From Ostreococcus lucimarinus (lineage: Eukaryota): a stretch of DNA of 64,000 nt. The first letter of the stretch is position 1, and each line of letters starts with the position of its first letter. This document shows positions 1-9,940 of this stretch, piece by piece. A program made the translations under genes and the position numbers. Below the pieces are notes generated by a model. The model was given only the letters and a program-made list of their open reading frames with translations, was not told the origin of the DNA and searched no databases. The stretch lies in NCBI GenBank assembly GCA_000092065.1, contig CP000581.1, one strand, 5' to 3'.

Positions 1-1684
1 CCTCTAAAGGTGGGATTTCGCAGTATCCATCAATCTTCACGCCTCGCGACTGATCCGATTTTACCACCTCGCAACTGCTTCCTTCGGGGAAATCGGTGGC
101 GACAAGTACGCCTTTAGGCTGCACATTGATCCACGCGTACGCCGTGGCCATGTTCCCAGTGTTGCATGCCGAGTCCAGGTTGTCACACGACAACAAATGA
201 TACGGGCTGACAGCCATGCGAGAGCCCGTCGCAATCGCCTTGCTATCGCCAACAACTTGAGCGGTGGTGAACGCCCAGCATCCAGAGCACATCCCCTGAC
301 TATAAATAGGACCAATATCTATCTTTTTGCGCCAATCCATGGACTCATTAAATCCTTGGGAAGTGAATTCAAATTTTCCGAGCGAGCCGACGGCGTCAAA
401 CGCGTCGTCGCGGCGATGACGAGCTGAGCTGCTGAAGGAAATCCGCGAGCGCCGGGAGTGCGGCCGAGTGGCGTGCAACGCGGCAACGTCCTCAGCGGAC
501 AAATCGCCCAGTTTCGGCAATCTCACGACGTTGCTATCCTCAACTGTCGCGTTTGCATACGTGGCGTGATCACGCGCAAACTCGTCACTTTCTAAATCAG
601 CAAAGCGCGTCACGCGCTTAATCATGCCCCCTCGCTTGTTCGTCGCCTCGATGTCTCTCAAATTCTTCAAAAACACCGTCTGCCTTCGAAAAGCCTCGCC
701 GCACGGGTACGATTTATCCGCGCAATACGTTTTCTGCTTCCCGTAACGAGCGACGAAATCGACGAACCGCCTATCTAAACCATCCTTTTTGCCAAGCCGC
801 GCTTCATCCGCTTCGTCCGTCGGCGCCTCGACGGACGGCGTTTGCTTCTCCTTTTCCGCCTCGTTGTCCACAACCTTAGCTCGCACCACCTTCGCCCGCT
901 TCGCGTTCGCATCGACGTTCGACTTTTCTACCGTCGACGCTTCCGCGGATTGCGGGTTTTTGCTCTGATTCGCTGCCGACTTCGCCTTGGTCGGCTTGAC
1001 GCCCAACGCCGCGACCTCGACGCCGCGCTTCTTGTGATGCGTTCTTCGCTCGTACGCCACGTGCCTTTGCTCAAACTCCTCCTCAGTCAAATCAGCGAAC
1101 TTGCCAACGCGCATGCGCATCCCATTTGGCGGTACATTCGCGTTATGTGCGTCCACCTTGGCCACGTTTGCCTCGAAAATCCTCTCCCTTCGCAGACTCT
1201 CCTCGCACGGCAGTCGTTCCTCACCGCAATACCTCTTCGCCCGTTCCCCGTGACGCGACAACCACGCCAAAAACCGATCACCGTGTCGCGCCGGCGCATC
1301 GACGCCGTCCCGATCGTCCCCACCCGCGTCCGTTCGCGTCGTCGTCGTCGCTTCCGCGTCGTCCGTCTTCAACACCCTCTCGGTCGCCCCGAGTTCGATC
1401 GCATCCTTCCTCTTCACCCGCGCCGCTTCGTCCAGCGCCTGCGCCCAGACGCTTCCCGGGATTATGAGTTCGTTCTCGATCGCCGCCGCCGCGCGCACGT
1501 CCGGGTCGATCAACGACGCCGCGGTCTCGCCCTTGACGTAGTGTCCAAAGCTCAGCAGCGGGGCGTCGGCGTCGACGTCGTCGGCGCTCGCGACGGCGCG
1601 CGCGACGGCGTCGATCGCGATCGCGACGATCGCGATTGTTTTGACGGCGCGCGCGGCGAAGCGCGCGCGGCGACCGCGGCGCAT
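1..1684 (-). CDS. Papain-family (C1A) cysteine protease precursor with a signal peptide and two tandem I29-type propeptide blocks. The 3' end runs off the window start.
   Basis: Minus-strand reading from an ATG near 1684 gives MRRGRRARFAARAVKTIAIVAIA (signal-like). Two ERFNIN-like prodomain blocks follow (ERIFEANVAKVDAHN, and a second with YCADKSYPCGEAFRRQTVF..IKRVTRFADL). The catalytic-Cys motif QGMCSGCWAF is present. There is no stop before position 1, so the ORF track does not list it. Confidence 0.75.
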   Translation of the reverse strand, partial: MRRGRRARFAARAVKTIAIVAIAIDAVARAVASADDVDADAPLLSFGHYVKGETAASLIDPDVRAAAAIENELIIPGSVWAQALDEAARVKRKDAIELGATERVLKTDDAEATTTTRTDAGGDDRDGVDAPARHGDRFLAWLSRHGERAKRYCGEERLPCEESLRRERIFEANVAKVDAHNANVPPNGMRMRVGKFADLTEEEFEQRHVAYERRTHHKKRGVEVAALGVKPTKAKSAANQSKNPQSAEASTVEKSNVDANAKRAKVVRAKVVDNEAEKEKQTPSVEAPTDEADEARLGKKDGLDRRFVDFVARYGKQKTYCADKSYPCGEAFRRQTVFLKNLRDIEATNKRGGMIKRVTRFADLESDEFARDHATYANATVEDSNVVRLPKLGDLSAEDVAALHATRPHSRRSRISFSSSARHRRDDAFDAVGSLGKFEFTSQGFNESMDWRKKIDIGPIYSQGMCSGCWAFTTAQVVGDSKAIATGSRMAVSPYHLLSCDNLDSACNTGNMATAYAWINVQPKGVLVATDFPEGSSCEVVKSDQSRGVKIDGYCEIPPLE

Positions 1685-1788
1685 CGCGCGCGGGCGTGTG
1701 CCGACGATCAAAATCAAAATCAAATGACTTTCGGGGTGTTGAGCTTTTTGAGACGAAGGCGCGCCGAGCTACGATTTCAGTCGTCTTC

Positions 1789-3481
1789 TTACAATTCTGA
1801 GTCTACGATGGGCGCTAGCGCCGCTCGAGCGTCTTCGATGACGCGATTCAAGTCGTGCGGGGCGCCGGCGATGAGCCTGGCGAAGGCGCGGACGAGGAAT
1901 GGGGCGGCGGCGTCGAGGTAGGCGCGGACGCACGCGAGGAAGGCGGCGCGCGCGCGGTCGTCTCGAGCCGCGGATGCATCCTTGGATTGGCCGTGCGCGA
2001 GCAAGGAGGCGGTGGCGCGGCTGAACGCAGACTCGAGGGAACGTGCGAGCCGAAGGTTGAGCTCGAGGGCGGGGGTGAGGTGTCGAAGCTCGTTGTACGC
2101 CAAGAGGACGCCGTTGACGAAGGCGGCGAGCGGGACGTGATCGGCCAACGTCGCGGGCGGACCCTCGACGTTATCGCCTGCCTCTGTTTTCGCAGCCAAA
2201 GGTGTGGATTCAGCGGTGGACGATGCCGCCGTCCATGTCGCCGATGCGAGCGCGCGCTCGAAATCATCACCCGCGGAAGCGAGCGCGGCGTCGAAGACGG
2301 CCATCGCCGCGTCGCCGAACACAGGGCGCAACAGCGGCCTCGTGTCCAATCCCACGCGCGCCAAGCTCGTGCCGCAATACTCGCAGTGCTCGTACACCGA
2401 CGCCAGCGCTCCACCTTCGTACACGCGCGGAAGCGTGGCCTTGACTAAGTCCAAATATTTGGAGATCCTATGCGTTGCCCAGCTGTACAACAACGCGCCG
2501 CCGTCTTCGCCCGCGTCGTCACCCGCTTCGTCTGAAAATATCGCCCTATACTGCATGACGACGTCGAACAGCGACACGCGATGGGTGTCCGTGAGCTTTT
2601 TCAAGTACTCGTATGCGTTCGTGTCATCCAACTCCCCGACCGTATTCGCGATGTACTCTTCTCGGCACGCCAAAAACGTCCTGCGCAGCGTCGTCTCGTC
2701 GTACGCGCTCAAACGCCTCAAATACCCCACCATCCGCAAGCACTCCGGCAACTGTATTCCCACTCGCAACCGCGCTAACAATGCTCGCAACATCTCCGCA
2801 CTCGACGCCCGCGCCTCGTCCGCTAACCTCTTCACCAACGCAATATCCCCGTGCGTCGCTTCCATCTTCGCCACGAAATTTTCCAAATCCAGCGCCTCGT
2901 CGTAGTGCCCGTTCCGCACGCACGCATCCAGCAACTTCGGCACCTCCAGCAATTCCGCCACCGCCCCAGAGTTATTCATCAGCGTCCGATTCATCGCTCG
3001 CGCTTTCGCGATCTCTTTCGCGCCTTTCACGAATCCATCGCATCCGCGCTTCAAATCCGGCAGTTGCGCCTCGAGCGTCTCCAACAGCGTCGCCGCGTCC
3101 TTCACCTCCGCCCTCACCGCCGCGTAGCACGCCGCGGCGTCGATGTACGCGCGGTAGTTTCGGACGCTGACGTCTTCAAGTCGTCGTTTAGCGCGCGCGG
3201 CGTCCTCTTCGAGTCGTTTGGGTTCCTACGCCGCGGAAAGATCATCACTCGTCAGTGGGCGGTCGGGACATTTCGTGAGATTTCGTCAAAGAATGCGTCG
3301 TCGCGCGCGCGTGGGCGAGCGCGCGCACCTCCGCGAGGTTCTCGACGCCGCGAGAGAGTAGCTGTGCGACGTAAGTCGCGTCGGAAGGGTGGCTCGACGT
3401 CATCGAGCGCGCGAGGCGCGACTTGAAGTGAGGATTACTGGACGCGCGAGGCGAGCTCGTCGGGGCGCGCGTCGGACTCAT
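1789..3481 (-). CDS. COG8: Conserved oligomeric Golgi complex subunit 8 (Dor1 family). Two exons: 3481..3329 and 3225..1789.
   Basis: Exon 2 (ORF 1789..3117, extended upstream in frame to 3225) reads EPKRLEEDAARAKRRLEDVSVRNYRAYIDAAACY...LPDLKRGCDGF...LPECLRMVGYLRRL, matching the Dor1 signature. Exon 1 (second Met of ORF 3245..3562) encodes MSPTRAP...YVAQLLSRGVENLAE. The junction LAE|EPKRL reproduces the Dor1 LeeLrkEPerL motif. Confidence 0.8.
3226..3328 (-). other. Spliceosomal intron of COG8 (103 nt).
   Basis: Minus-strand donor GAG|GTGCGCGCGC, branch-like CCACTGACGAGTG about 30 nt upstream of acceptor GCGTAG|GAACCC. An in-frame TAG just upstream of exon 2 forces the splice. Confidence 0.7.
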
Positions 3482-3575
3482 CGATGTCAAAACTCGTTGT
3501 AAATTACACACTAAGCGCGCGCGCTGTAAAAATGAAAGATATAAGTAAGTAGTAGTAGGCAAAGAGGGAGAGAGA

Positions 3576-6290
3576 TTACAGGAGAGTGGCCCAAGCCTTG
3601 GCGGGCTGGACGCCGCGAGGGGCGTCGGCGGCGCCGCCGGTAGCGAGGGACGGAAACGCCTCCTCGCATTCGACGACTGGGACTCTCGTTTTGCCTTTAC
3701 GCGAACGAACGCGCTTGGTCTTGGACTGTGCGTTTGATGAATCGTTCCCGGCGGCGGAATCGTCGGACTGCGGGGTGATGGTGTGCTCCCCGGGAGACCC
3801 TTCCATCGGCGAGGACTGGGAGGAGTCTTCGGCGACGAGCGCTGGCGTCTTGGGGCGATCGTCCACGACGGGTTTCTCCGCGTTGGCCTTGAGAACGTCG
3901 ATAGGTGCTGATCCTTTCGGACCCCACGAAGGCTTTACCGTCGATGGCGTCGCCGCCACGTCGTCAAGCGAAGCCGAAGATGTATCCGTCAACGCGACAT
4001 TGACAGCCAGCTTGTCCTCGATGTCTTTTTTCAGCATGGCCGCCATCGTGACTGCTTTGTCTTCCTCGCTCGTCGGCTGCTCGTTCATGAACTTGGCCGG
4101 AAGCTTTGCGACTCCGCTCCACGCTTGTGGAAACGTGGGCGACGGCCTCGGCGATCGAGTTCGCCGCGGCGCGTCATCCTCGATCGAGGATGACGCCTCT
4201 TTGGCTGGATCGACCTCTTTGGCTGGATCGACGTGCGGAAAGTGCGCGCTCATATCCTCGAAAACAGCAGTAGAGTTGTTGTCGCTCGCGTAACCACGCT
4301 TCGCCGTGCCCAGTGGCGGCACTCCCGGAGGAGGAGGTGGTGGAACAGCCGATTGGAAACTTTGTTGCGCCGCGCTCTTGCTCGCCTTGTTGCTCCTAGA
4401 CGCGTTTCGAGAACGGTTGTACGGAGGACGATTACCGTTGCCTCGTCGATTATTGTTGTTGGAACTTCGACGCCGGTCATCACCACTTCGTCTTGCCGCG
4501 ATCGTTCGCTCGTGCGCGCGTCGGTGGTGGAACACACCAAAAGCCAAATGCTCACGAATGGTGTCAAGACATCCGGTAAAGATGTCATTGATGCCCGGCG
4601 CGGTGGCGTCCTCGGGGATGGGCGGCTGCTTACTATCTGCACCATCGCACGAGTCGTGCTGTTCGCCAGAATCGTCCGAAAAAAAACTCTGAGGCGGTGA
4701 TGTGGACATTTGCGCGCTGTCGTCGTCGATTGATCGTCGCTCGTCACTCGTCGGAACTCGCTGCTCATCCCCGAGAGCGTCCCAGCGACCCCAGTGGATG
4801 CCGCGCTCTTGTTCAGAGAGTGAACCCATGGACTCGCTTCGCTTGTGAAGACCGCCGCGCTCTGGCGAGGGTGGATCGCCGAGCGTGGGCCAATGGTTCG
4901 CCGCGACGGCTGACGACTCGTCGGCTTCCGCGTCCTTCGACTCCGAGTCTTCCATGTTCAGCTGTCTCGGTTGTAACTCGTCCACGACCGAGCGCGTGTG
5001 AGGATGCGTCGCGAGCGCGGTCGCCGGTGTCGTGCCTTCGACGAGGCAGCTTCTCGAACGTAAAGCGATGGCGCTTGTCGGCATTCCCATGGGCGTCATT
5101 GAAACCTCATCGGCGTGCGAGCATCCCCCCGGCGTGTCCGGCGCGTGCGGAAGCGGGTAAAGTAAACGCCTGTGACGTAAGATGTTCCCAAACATTTCCA
5201 CGAACCCTCGCAACACACCGACGTCATCGCGCGCCGCAGAAGAGGCCATCAGCGCATCCAGACGTTGCGCTCCAAGCTTGAGCGCCGCGCGCACGCGTCT
5301 ATAATTGCCGCAAGATACAGAGCGGCCTAAGTTGTTATTGGGTAAAAGAGGATCGATGATGTTCATGTACTTCACGGTCACGGGCGCTGAGCTCGCCGCC
5401 GCGCGCATGAACTCGCAACTGTACGTCGACAACATCGTCCGCATGAACTCTTCGGTGATCAAACCACCCTCCAGACACTCGTCGGGCGGCGTCGCGATGC
5501 CCTCGATCGCCACCGGTCCGTGAATCGTGAGCGCGTAGCCTTCCCAATCAAACTCGGCGAAAACGCTCAAAAGCTTGTGCAACACGGACAACGGGCACGT
5601 CAAGTCGGCGTGATACTTGTTGATGATGTACAAAACGAGCGTCTCCAACGCGTACGTGGAAATCAAGGCGTGATGCGCTCCTAAGATGCGCCCCTCGTAA
5701 AATCCCCAAGCCTTGACGAGAATGATCGAGCGCACGAACAAATCGTCCCTACCGATGAACGCGTTCATCTCTTCTAAAAATCCGAGCGACGCCAAGCCAC
5801 CAAACTGATTGGCGCTCACGTCCACCATCATCCCGTCCACGATGCACTTCATCAGCCGTACCTCTGCGTTGATCACGCTCACCTCACTCACCGCGAACTC
5901 GTGGGGCGGATCCGCCTCCGCCTCCGCCTTCTCGATGTGTTTCCTAAACTTGGTCGTCCACTGCGCCTTATCGATCACGCGATGATCACCCAGCAAGCAC
6001 ACGTCGATGTCGCCGTCCGGAAGATACGCCCGCAGCGGCACGCTCCCGTACGCGCTCACCAGCGTGTGCGCCGTCCCGAAGCACTCCTGCGCCAACTGTT
6101 TGATGTGCTCAAACACCGCCCGTCGCCGAATCTCGCTCATCTCCGTCGGCCGCAGCGACGCCACGAGCTCGTTCGTCAGCGTCTCCAGTCCGCCCGCGTC
6201 CCCGCTCGCGCTCGCGCGTCCGCTCCCCGCGCTCCGCTCCCGTTTCGCCCCTCCCGGCGCGCGTTCGCTCGCGTACGGGCACCTCGACAT
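3576..6290 (-). CDS. Pol-beta-superfamily nucleotidyltransferase (non-canonical poly(A) polymerase / PAP-OAS1 substrate-binding-domain type) with a long low-complexity C-terminal tail.
   Basis: N-terminal region reads HIKQLAQECFGTAHTLVSAYGSVPLRAYLPDGDIDVCLLG, the GS...DxD nucleotidyltransferase signature. It is followed by a PAP-associated-like region and a P/S/R/N-rich tail. Confidence 0.55.
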   Translation of the reverse strand: MSRCPYASERAPGGAKRERSAGSGRASASGDAGGLETLTNELVASLRPTEMSEIRRRAVFEHIKQLAQECFGTAHTLVSAYGSVPLRAYLPDGDIDVCLLGDHRVIDKAQWTTKFRKHIEKAEAEADPPHEFAVSEVSVINAEVRLMKCIVDGMMVDVSANQFGGLASLGFLEEMNAFIGRDDLFVRSIILVKAWGFYEGRILGAHHALISTYALETLVLYIINKYHADLTCPLSVLHKLLSVFAEFDWEGYALTIHGPVAIEGIATPPDECLEGGLITEEFMRTMLSTYSCEFMRAAASSAPVTVKYMNIIDPLLPNNNLGRSVSCGNYRRVRAALKLGAQRLDALMASSAARDDVGVLRGFVEMFGNILRHRRLLYPLPHAPDTPGGCSHADEVSMTPMGMPTSAIALRSRSCLVEGTTPATALATHPHTRSVVDELQPRQLNMEDSESKDAEADESSAVAANHWPTLGDPPSPERGGLHKRSESMGSLSEQERGIHWGRWDALGDEQRVPTSDERRSIDDDSAQMSTSPPQSFFSDDSGEQHDSCDGADSKQPPIPEDATAPGINDIFTGCLDTIREHLAFGVFHHRRAHERTIAARRSGDDRRRSSNNNNRRGNGNRPPYNRSRNASRSNKASKSAAQQSFQSAVPPPPPPGVPPLGTAKRGYASDNNSTAVFEDMSAHFPHVDPAKEVDPAKEASSSIEDDAPRRTRSPRPSPTFPQAWSGVAKLPAKFMNEQPTSEEDKAVTMAAMLKKDIEDKLAVNVALTDTSSASLDDVAATPSTVKPSWGPKGSAPIDVLKANAEKPVVDDRPKTPALVAEDSSQSSPMEGSPGEHTITPQSDDSAAGNDSSNAQSKTKRVRSRKGKTRVPVVECEEAFPSLATGGAADAPRGVQPAKAWATLL

Positions 6291-6739
6291 CGTCGTCCGT
6301 CGTCCGTCGCGCCCGTCGCCCTCGCCCGCGTCCCTCTCGCGTGCCTTTCGCGCGTCGTCGGCGTCGCGCGTCGGCGCCGCTCGAATCCGTCGTCGCGTCG
6401 CGATCGCGTCGGCGTCGTCGTCTCGCGTCGATCGCGCGCGCCGTCGGGTCGATCGCGCGCGAGAGTTCGCCCGCGCGCGCGTCGCGCGCCTCGGCGCGCT
6501 CGCGCGTCGTCGTCTCGCGCCGGCGCCGTCGCGCGCGCGGTGCCGCCCTATCCGGACGGGGCGTCGCGCGCGTGATTCCGCTGTCTCACTGTTTGCCCAT
6601 AGGATGGGCGTCCGCCGCGGCGACCGCGCGTCGCGCGCCGCAGAGCGCGGCGCGCGGCGACGCGAGCGCGCGTTTTCGAAGGCGCGACTCGCGCGCGCGC
6701 GGCGACCGCGACTCGCGCGCGCGCGCGGGCGCGACGGCG

Positions 6740-7399
6740 ATGGCGCGGCGACGCCAACGTTCGAAGTGGCGGTTGACGACGACGCTGACGGCGACGACGC
6801 TCGCGACGGCGATCGGACGCGCGCGCGTGGGCCGAGCGCAGTTCCAGCGCGCGACGGATTACGAGTATCGCGTGTGCGCGGAACAGCCGGGAGAGTACGC
6901 GACGACGCAGACGGACGGGACGACGGCGACGCGGGCGCGGTGCGTGTCGCTGGACGCGGGCGAGCTCGGGTTCTGCGCGGGGATCGCGTACGACGCGTGC
7001 GTGCGCACGAATCCGCCGTCGACGCAGGATAAACGCGTGCTGAGCGCGTTCGAGAGGATGACGAAGATGCAAAGCGCGATGGCGCCGGAATTAGCGGGGG
7101 AGCCGACGTGCCTGGTGGTGATGGCGGAGTACATGTGCGCGGTGGCGTTTCCGAGGTGCGATCCGGATCCGTTGGAGGCGACGAAGTACAACGAGGTGCC
7201 GGCGTGTTGGGATTATTGCACGAATTCGGTGTTCGGGTGCACGGGGGAGATGGCGACGGCGATGGACGTGTGTAATCGTTCGGTGTACGCGGGGGTGGTG
7301 GTGGCGCAAGACAGGCCAGACGTTAAGTGCGTGAGCGGGGCGGGCGAGTTGGTGTTGATCACCGTCGCGATGATGACCGTCGCGCTCGTGCTCCTGTAG
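6740..7399 (+). CDS. Secreted cysteine-rich protein A: signal peptide, 12-Cys domain with Frizzled-CRD-like spacing, and a hydrophobic GPI-anchor-like C-terminus.
   Basis: Met 134 of ORF 6341..7399. The core reads TC-LVVMAEYM-C-AVAFPR-C-x15-C-WDY-C-TNSVFG-C. The C-terminus KCVSGAGELVLITVAMMTVALVLL resembles an omega site plus hydrophobic tail. It is paralogous to the convergent gene at 7445..8296. Confidence 0.6.
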   Translation: MARRRQRSKWRLTTTLTATTLATAIGRARVGRAQFQRATDYEYRVCAEQPGEYATTQTDGTTATRARCVSLDAGELGFCAGIAYDACVRTNPPSTQDKRVLSAFERMTKMQSAMAPELAGEPTCLVVMAEYMCAVAFPRCDPDPLEATKYNEVPACWDYCTNSVFGCTGEMATAMDVCNRSVYAGVVVAQDRPDVKCVSGAGELVLITVAMMTVALVLL

Positions 7400-7444
7400 A
7401 TTTGGGTTTAGCTAGGTACCCGTACTGTACAATACTATCGCGCG

Positions 7445-8296
7445 CTAAGCTGCTATCGACGCGAACGACGCGAAAACCGTCGCGGCGAACAACGCGACTC
7501 GCGCGCTCGCGAGGGCGGCGCCGCCCGTGCACTTACCCGGCGACGGCTCGAAAATCGCCGTGCCGTTTTCCCCGTTCGGTTTCCTGCCGTAAATATAATT
7601 CCCATTCGCTTTCCCTTCGGCGTCGTTGTAGTACGTGCCGTTGCCGTCGTACGAGCCGCCCGTGTAAAACGTCGCCGGCGTGTTTCCGCCGAAATCTTGC
7701 TCCTCGTACTCCAAACCACAGTTTATGAACGCTGAGTTCGCCTCCCCGCACGATTTTTTCACCGCGATGCACGTCGCCGTGCACGTGGGCATGAACCGCG
7801 TCTCGTCCACGTTGCACCGACTAAAGTATTCGAAACAAAACCATCGTCGCAGCGTCGCTCGACACCCCGCCGTCGGTTCGAACGTCAGCTGTCGAATCAA
7901 ATTCAAGTACTGCTTTCGCAGCGCTTGCTCCATCAGATCCACGCTCGCTTGATCGCTCGTCCCCGCCGCCAGCGTCGCCGCGCTCCCTCGTTTACAAAAC
8001 GTGTACTGCACGCGTTCGTCGCAAAACTCGAGCGTCACCGCGTCGCTCGACACGCACCCGTGTCGGCACTTGAAGTACTCCGCGGAGTCCGTGGAGCCGC
8101 CGATCGCGGAGGCGTCGGCGAAGAAGTCGGCGCTGACGTCGGTGTTGATGTTGGAGACGTCGAACGACAGGTACGGATGCGGCGACGACGCGCTCGTCGC
8201 GTCCGCGCGCGCGAGGCGAGCGAACGCCGCGCACGAAGCGATGAGCGACGCGACGACGCGCGCGCGGGCGCGAGGACGAGGACCCGCGCGCGACAT
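7445..8296 (-). CDS. Secreted cysteine-rich protein B, paralog of A: signal peptide, 12-Cys domain with identical Frizzled-CRD-like spacing, GPI-anchor-like C-terminus.
   Basis: Met 91 of ORF 7445..8566 gives MSRAGPRPRARARVVASLIASCAAFARLARA (signal). The core reads GC-RATLRRWF-C-FEYFSR-C-NVDETRFMPT-C-TAT-C-IAVKKS-C. The C-terminus is GKCTGGAALASARVALFAATVFASFASIAA. Confidence 0.6.
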   Translation of the reverse strand: MSRAGPRPRARARVVASLIASCAAFARLARADATSASSPHPYLSFDVSNINTDVSADFFADASAIGGSTDSAEYFKCRHGCVSSDAVTLEFCDERVQYTFCKRGSAATLAAGTSDQASVDLMEQALRKQYLNLIRQLTFEPTAGCRATLRRWFCFEYFSRCNVDETRFMPTCTATCIAVKKSCGEANSAFINCGLEYEEQDFGGNTPATFYTGGSYDGNGTYYNDAEGKANGNYIYGRKPNGENGTAIFEPSPGKCTGGAALASARVALFAATVFASFASIAA

Positions 8297-8415
8297 CGTC
8301 GAGACGACGGACGCGAAGTGACGCGCGCGCGTCGAGCGCCGCGAGGGGAGCGTAGCTATTTCGTCGTCTGATGTTTCAACGGATTTCAACGCCGAGGAGC
8401 GAAGGGGCGTCGCGG

Positions 8416-9506
8416 TCAGGCGCGTCGCGCGGCGTCGCGAAGGCCGCCCTGCTTGGCGAGCATTTTGTCTTTGATGGCGCGGACGCTCTTGTCGCGGCCG
8501 GACCATAAATCGTCGTCGTCGCCCTTTCGCGCCGCGCTCGTGTCTTCCGCGGCCAAGTGCGTCCATTTGGTTTGGCCGGCGCGACCGAATTTTCCCTTGC
8601 GAACTTGCATGGCGGCGGGGAGGATGGACTTGTCGAACTTTTCCTCCGCCGTCGGGGCGGAGAAGTCGCGCTTGTAAATTTCATCTGGGCCCGCGGTGCC
8701 GAACGCGTCGTCGGCCGATTCTTGGAAGAACGCGCCCTTGTGGTAATACTTCTGCATGAACGCCATCTTGGGTTTTTCCTTTTCCTGCTCCGCGCGTTTC
8801 GCGAGGCGTTTGGCGTGATACAAGTCGCGCTCTTCCTCGGTCATCGAGCGGATGCGTTCTTGCTCTTCGCGTTCGCGGAAAATCAATTCGCGCTGGATCC
8901 TATCCGTTTTCAAACGCTCGAGCTCGCGGGACTTCCACGCGTCGAATTCGAGGGCATCGTCGAGCTCGTCGTCGGTGTCCACGTCGCTCGGTTCCATCTC
9001 GTCCATCGCCGCCGCGAGAGCCTCTTCGCGCTTGACTTCGACTTCGACCAACTTTTTGCTCTCCGCCTTCTTCGCCGCCTTGGCCGCCTCCGTCTTCGCC
9101 GCCTCGGCGTCGAGTTCGGCCAGCATCTTATCCCGCTCCTCGATCGTGTCTCGCTCAATCTTACGCACGAACACGGGCTTGAACATTTTCCGCGCGCCGC
9201 CGCCGCCGGAATCGCTCGCGTCGCTATCCGTCTCGTATTCGCTATCCGTTTCGTACGACGACGACGACGCCCCACCGTTCCCCGGTTCGCCCGTCGCCAA
9301 CGCACCGTCGCGTCGCGCTACCGCAACCGCGCCGCCCGCGCCGCCGTCCTCCGCATCCTCCTCGTCGTCGTCCTCCGCGCGTTCCGTCTCTCGAGCCGCC
9401 GCGCGCGCTCGAATCGCCGCCCGTCTCGCGTCTCGCGCCTCCTCGTCCTCGCTCTCCGACGAGCTCGCGTCGCTCGCGCTCGACGACGCGTTCCCTCGCG
9501 CGCGTC

Positions 9507-9544
<38 letters not shown>

Positions 9545-9903
9545 TCGCGTTCCGTTCGCGTCCGCGCGAACCCGAGCGCGTCCTCGTCCTCTTCCTCGCT
9601 CTCGCTCTCGCGCGTCGCGCGTCCGTCGTCGACGCCCGCGCGGTGTCTCCGCACCACCGTCGTCGCGCGTCGCATCGCGTCCTCGCGCGCGCCGCTTCGC
9701 GCCGCTTCCTCGCGCGCGCGATCGACCGCGAAGGCGTTGGCGGCCGCCCTCAATTTCGACGCCCGCTCGTCGTCCATCGCCGCGCGCGCGGCGCCCGCGC
9801 GCCCCATTTTCGCGCGCGTTTCTTCGCGTCCGTCTCGCGCGCGCGTTTCTTCGCGACGTCGGCGCGCGCGCGTGTGCCGACGCGGCGCGTCGCGCGCGCG
9901 CAC
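8416..9903 (-). CDS. MFAP1: Microfibrillar-associated protein 1 family (spliceosomal B-complex protein). The start may instead be the internal Met at 9807.
   Basis: The C-terminal half matches the MFAP1 domain: KYYHKGAFFQE...IYKRDFSAPTAEEKFDKSILPAAMQVRKGKFGRAGQTKWTHLAAEDTS. The N-terminal half is an acidic/low-complexity region. Confidence 0.75.
9508..9543. repeat. (GTC)12 coding microsatellite.
   Basis: A perfect GTC trinucleotide run on the plus strand encodes a 12-residue poly-Thr tract in the minus-strand MFAP1 gene. Confidence 0.85.
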
Positions 9904-9940
9904 CCCTCGGCGCGCACACGCCGACGCGCGGCGTCGCGCG
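9904..9940. promoter_or_regulatory. Very short head-to-head intergenic region shared by MFAP1 (minus) and beta-carbonic anhydrase (plus); candidate bidirectional promoter.
   Basis: The two start codons lie 40-130 nt apart on opposite strands. Confidence 0.3.

Noticed and set aside
842-1921. 359-aa plus-strand ORF and many other long ORFs in the track (for example 8557..10566 plus, 6007..7032 plus, 19031..20296 plus, 21011..22279 minus, 10784..11572 minus).
   Set aside because: They are Arg/Ala/Pro-rich with no domain signal, and lie antisense to or overlapping well-supported genes. They are the expected artefact of about 70% GC sequence with rare stop codons, compounded by the track allowing alternative start codons.
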